A stretch of 64,000 nt of DNA from Candidatus Bathyarchaeota archaeon (GTDB lineage Archaea > Thermoproteota > Bathyarchaeia > 40CM-2-53-6): NCBI GenBank assembly GCA_963706285.1, contig CAVPLU010000014.1, positions 1 to 64,000 on the forward strand, read 5' to 3'. A program made the translations under genes and the position numbers. The first letter of the stretch is position 1, and each line of letters opens with the position of its first letter. Shown in pieces: positions 62,666 to 64,000 of the stretch. The notes beneath the pieces were generated by a model. It saw only the letters and a list, made by a program, of their open reading frames with translations. It made no database searches and was not told the DNA's origin.

Positions 62666-63934
62666 TTGACTTCTTCTGAATCTGCCGGATTCTACAAATT
62701 GACGCCTCAGGAGAGGCTTCGCTTTGTCGGTGAATTCGCTCATCTAGAAAAAGCGGAGCTGGACATACTTGCCACCTCTAGTGCTTTGAATATCGAAACT
62801 GCCAACCGCATGATCGAGAATGCGATCGGCGTGATGCCGGTACCCTTGGGAGTAGCGATGAATTTCCTGATAAATGGAAAAGATCGCTTGATTCCGATGG
62901 CAGTGGAGGAGCCGTCAGTGGTTGCCGGTGCAAGCAACGCGGCCAAGATGGCTCGATCCAAAGGAGGATTCTGGACAACGAGCACGCGCCCGGTCATGAT
63001 TGGACAGATCCAAATAATGGGTTGCGCCGACCCTCACAAAGCGGGAAAATCCGTTCTTGCATCTGCGGAAGAGATACTCAGAAAAGCGAACGAACAGGAC
63101 CCAATCCTCGTTTCAAAAGGCGGCGGAGCCATCGGCTTAGAAACGAAAGTGCTTCAGACTATTGTTGGTCCCATGCTCGTCGTAGAGCTACTAGTAGATT
63201 GCGGGGATGCGATGGGTGCCAACGCAGTCAATACAATGGCAGAAACGATTGCGCCACTTGTCGAAAGAATCGCAGGCGGCCGAGTGTACCTAAGAATCCT
63301 ATCTAACCTAGCCGACAGAAGGCTTGCACAGGCTCGCGTCACGGTCACGAAAGACGTTGTCGGCGGTCCGGAAGTTGTAGATGGAATAGTCAACGCATAC
63401 GCTTTCGCAGCCGCCGATCCATATCGTTCTGCAACACATAACAAAGGAGTAATGAACGGAATCAGCGCGGTTGTGCTAGCTACTGGAAACGATACTCGCG
63501 CTATTGAGGCTGGAGCCCACGCCTATGCATCCAGATCAGGACAATACAGTCCATTGACTCGCTGGAGCAAGGACAGCAACGGAGACCTATTCGGAGAAAT
63601 CGAGCTGCCGATGGCAGTAGGATTGATCGGAGGCGCTACTGCAGTTCATCCAGTGGCTAAGACTGCCGTCAAAATACTTGGAGTCAAATCAGCACGCGAA
63701 CTGGCCGAGATAATCGCCGCAGTCGGCCTTTGCCAGAACCTTGCAGCCCTACGGGCGTTGGCGGCTGAGGGAATCCAACTCGGTCACATGCGGCTTCACG
63801 CAAGAAACTTGGCTGCAACCGCGGGGGCGACCGGGGATCTTGTGGACACGATAGCTCAGAAGATGATCGAAGAAAAGAAAATCAGGATCGACAGGGCGAA
63901 GGAGTTACTGGCCGGATATTCGAAGAGTGCTTAG
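62666..63934 (+). CDS. hmgA: HMG-CoA reductase, class II type
   Basis: ENAIG, EEPSVVA, DAMGAN, ILSNL, THNKG.MNG, QNLAALRAL, GHM.LH. GGAGGGAGG SD before TTG 62666. Confidence 0.94.
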   Translation: MTSSESAGFYKLTPQERLRFVGEFAHLEKAELDILATSSALNIETANRMIENAIGVMPVPLGVAMNFLINGKDRLIPMAVEEPSVVAGASNAAKMARSKGGFWTTSTRPVMIGQIQIMGCADPHKAGKSVLASAEEILRKANEQDPILVSKGGGAIGLETKVLQTIVGPMLVVELLVDCGDAMGANAVNTMAETIAPLVERIAGGRVYLRILSNLADRRLAQARVTVTKDVVGGPEVVDGIVNAYAFAAADPYRSATHNKGVMNGISAVVLATGNDTRAIEAGAHAYASRSGQYSPLTRWSKDSNGDLFGEIELPMAVGLIGGATAVHPVAKTAVKILGVKSARELAEIIAAVGLCQNLAALRALAAEGIQLGHMRLHARNLAATAGATGDLVDTIAQKMIEEKKIRIDRAKELLAGYSKSA

Positions 63935-64000
63935 ATTCTTTCTATGAGTGCGACTGATTCCATGTGTTTGATCTTCGGAACAGCATCCTTCTCCATCCAG

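Noticed and set aside
1-64000. CRISPR arrays, rRNA/tRNA genes, transposases, integrases, Sec/Pyl readthrough, and long antisense ORFs such as 13981-14721 and 22667-23242
   Set aside because: None seen by eye. Gene breaks are frameshifts rather than in-frame stops, and the long antisense ORFs are shadows of well-supported genes.

Overview
Archaeal chromosome segment from a TACK-lineage organism. Gene content and protein style best fit Bathyarchaeia, which is inference. The core content is a trpEGDCFBA-carA-carB run, an ACT + DUF711 pair, apgM, two purP paralogues, and part of the rpoD-L18e-L13-S9-rpoN-eno...S2-MEMO1 superoperon. That superoperon leads into a nearly complete archaeal-type mevalonate cluster (mvk, UbiD-type decarboxylase, two AcnX dehydratase subunits, fni, class II hmgA; no IPK or UbiX in the window). 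Accessory content includes three ABC systems, surface proteins with C-terminal anchors, a Tat-exported DUF362/NapG/NapH-like redox module and an RRE-radical SAM-SPASM gene downstream of an ABC exporter. I found no tRNA, rRNA, CRISPR array, integrase or transposase. About 11 single-base frameshifts, including ones in adk and carA, point to consensus errors rather than biology. Manual reading found items absent from the ORF track: a HEPN (RxxxxH) gene running off the left edge, three microproteins, a dispersed tRNA-3'-like repeat and two candidate structured RNAs. The best candidates for undescribed biology are the rSAM/SPASM locus with its adjacent small peptides and a pyruvoyl decarboxylase that keeps its catalytic residues but has lost the AdoMet-binding ones.
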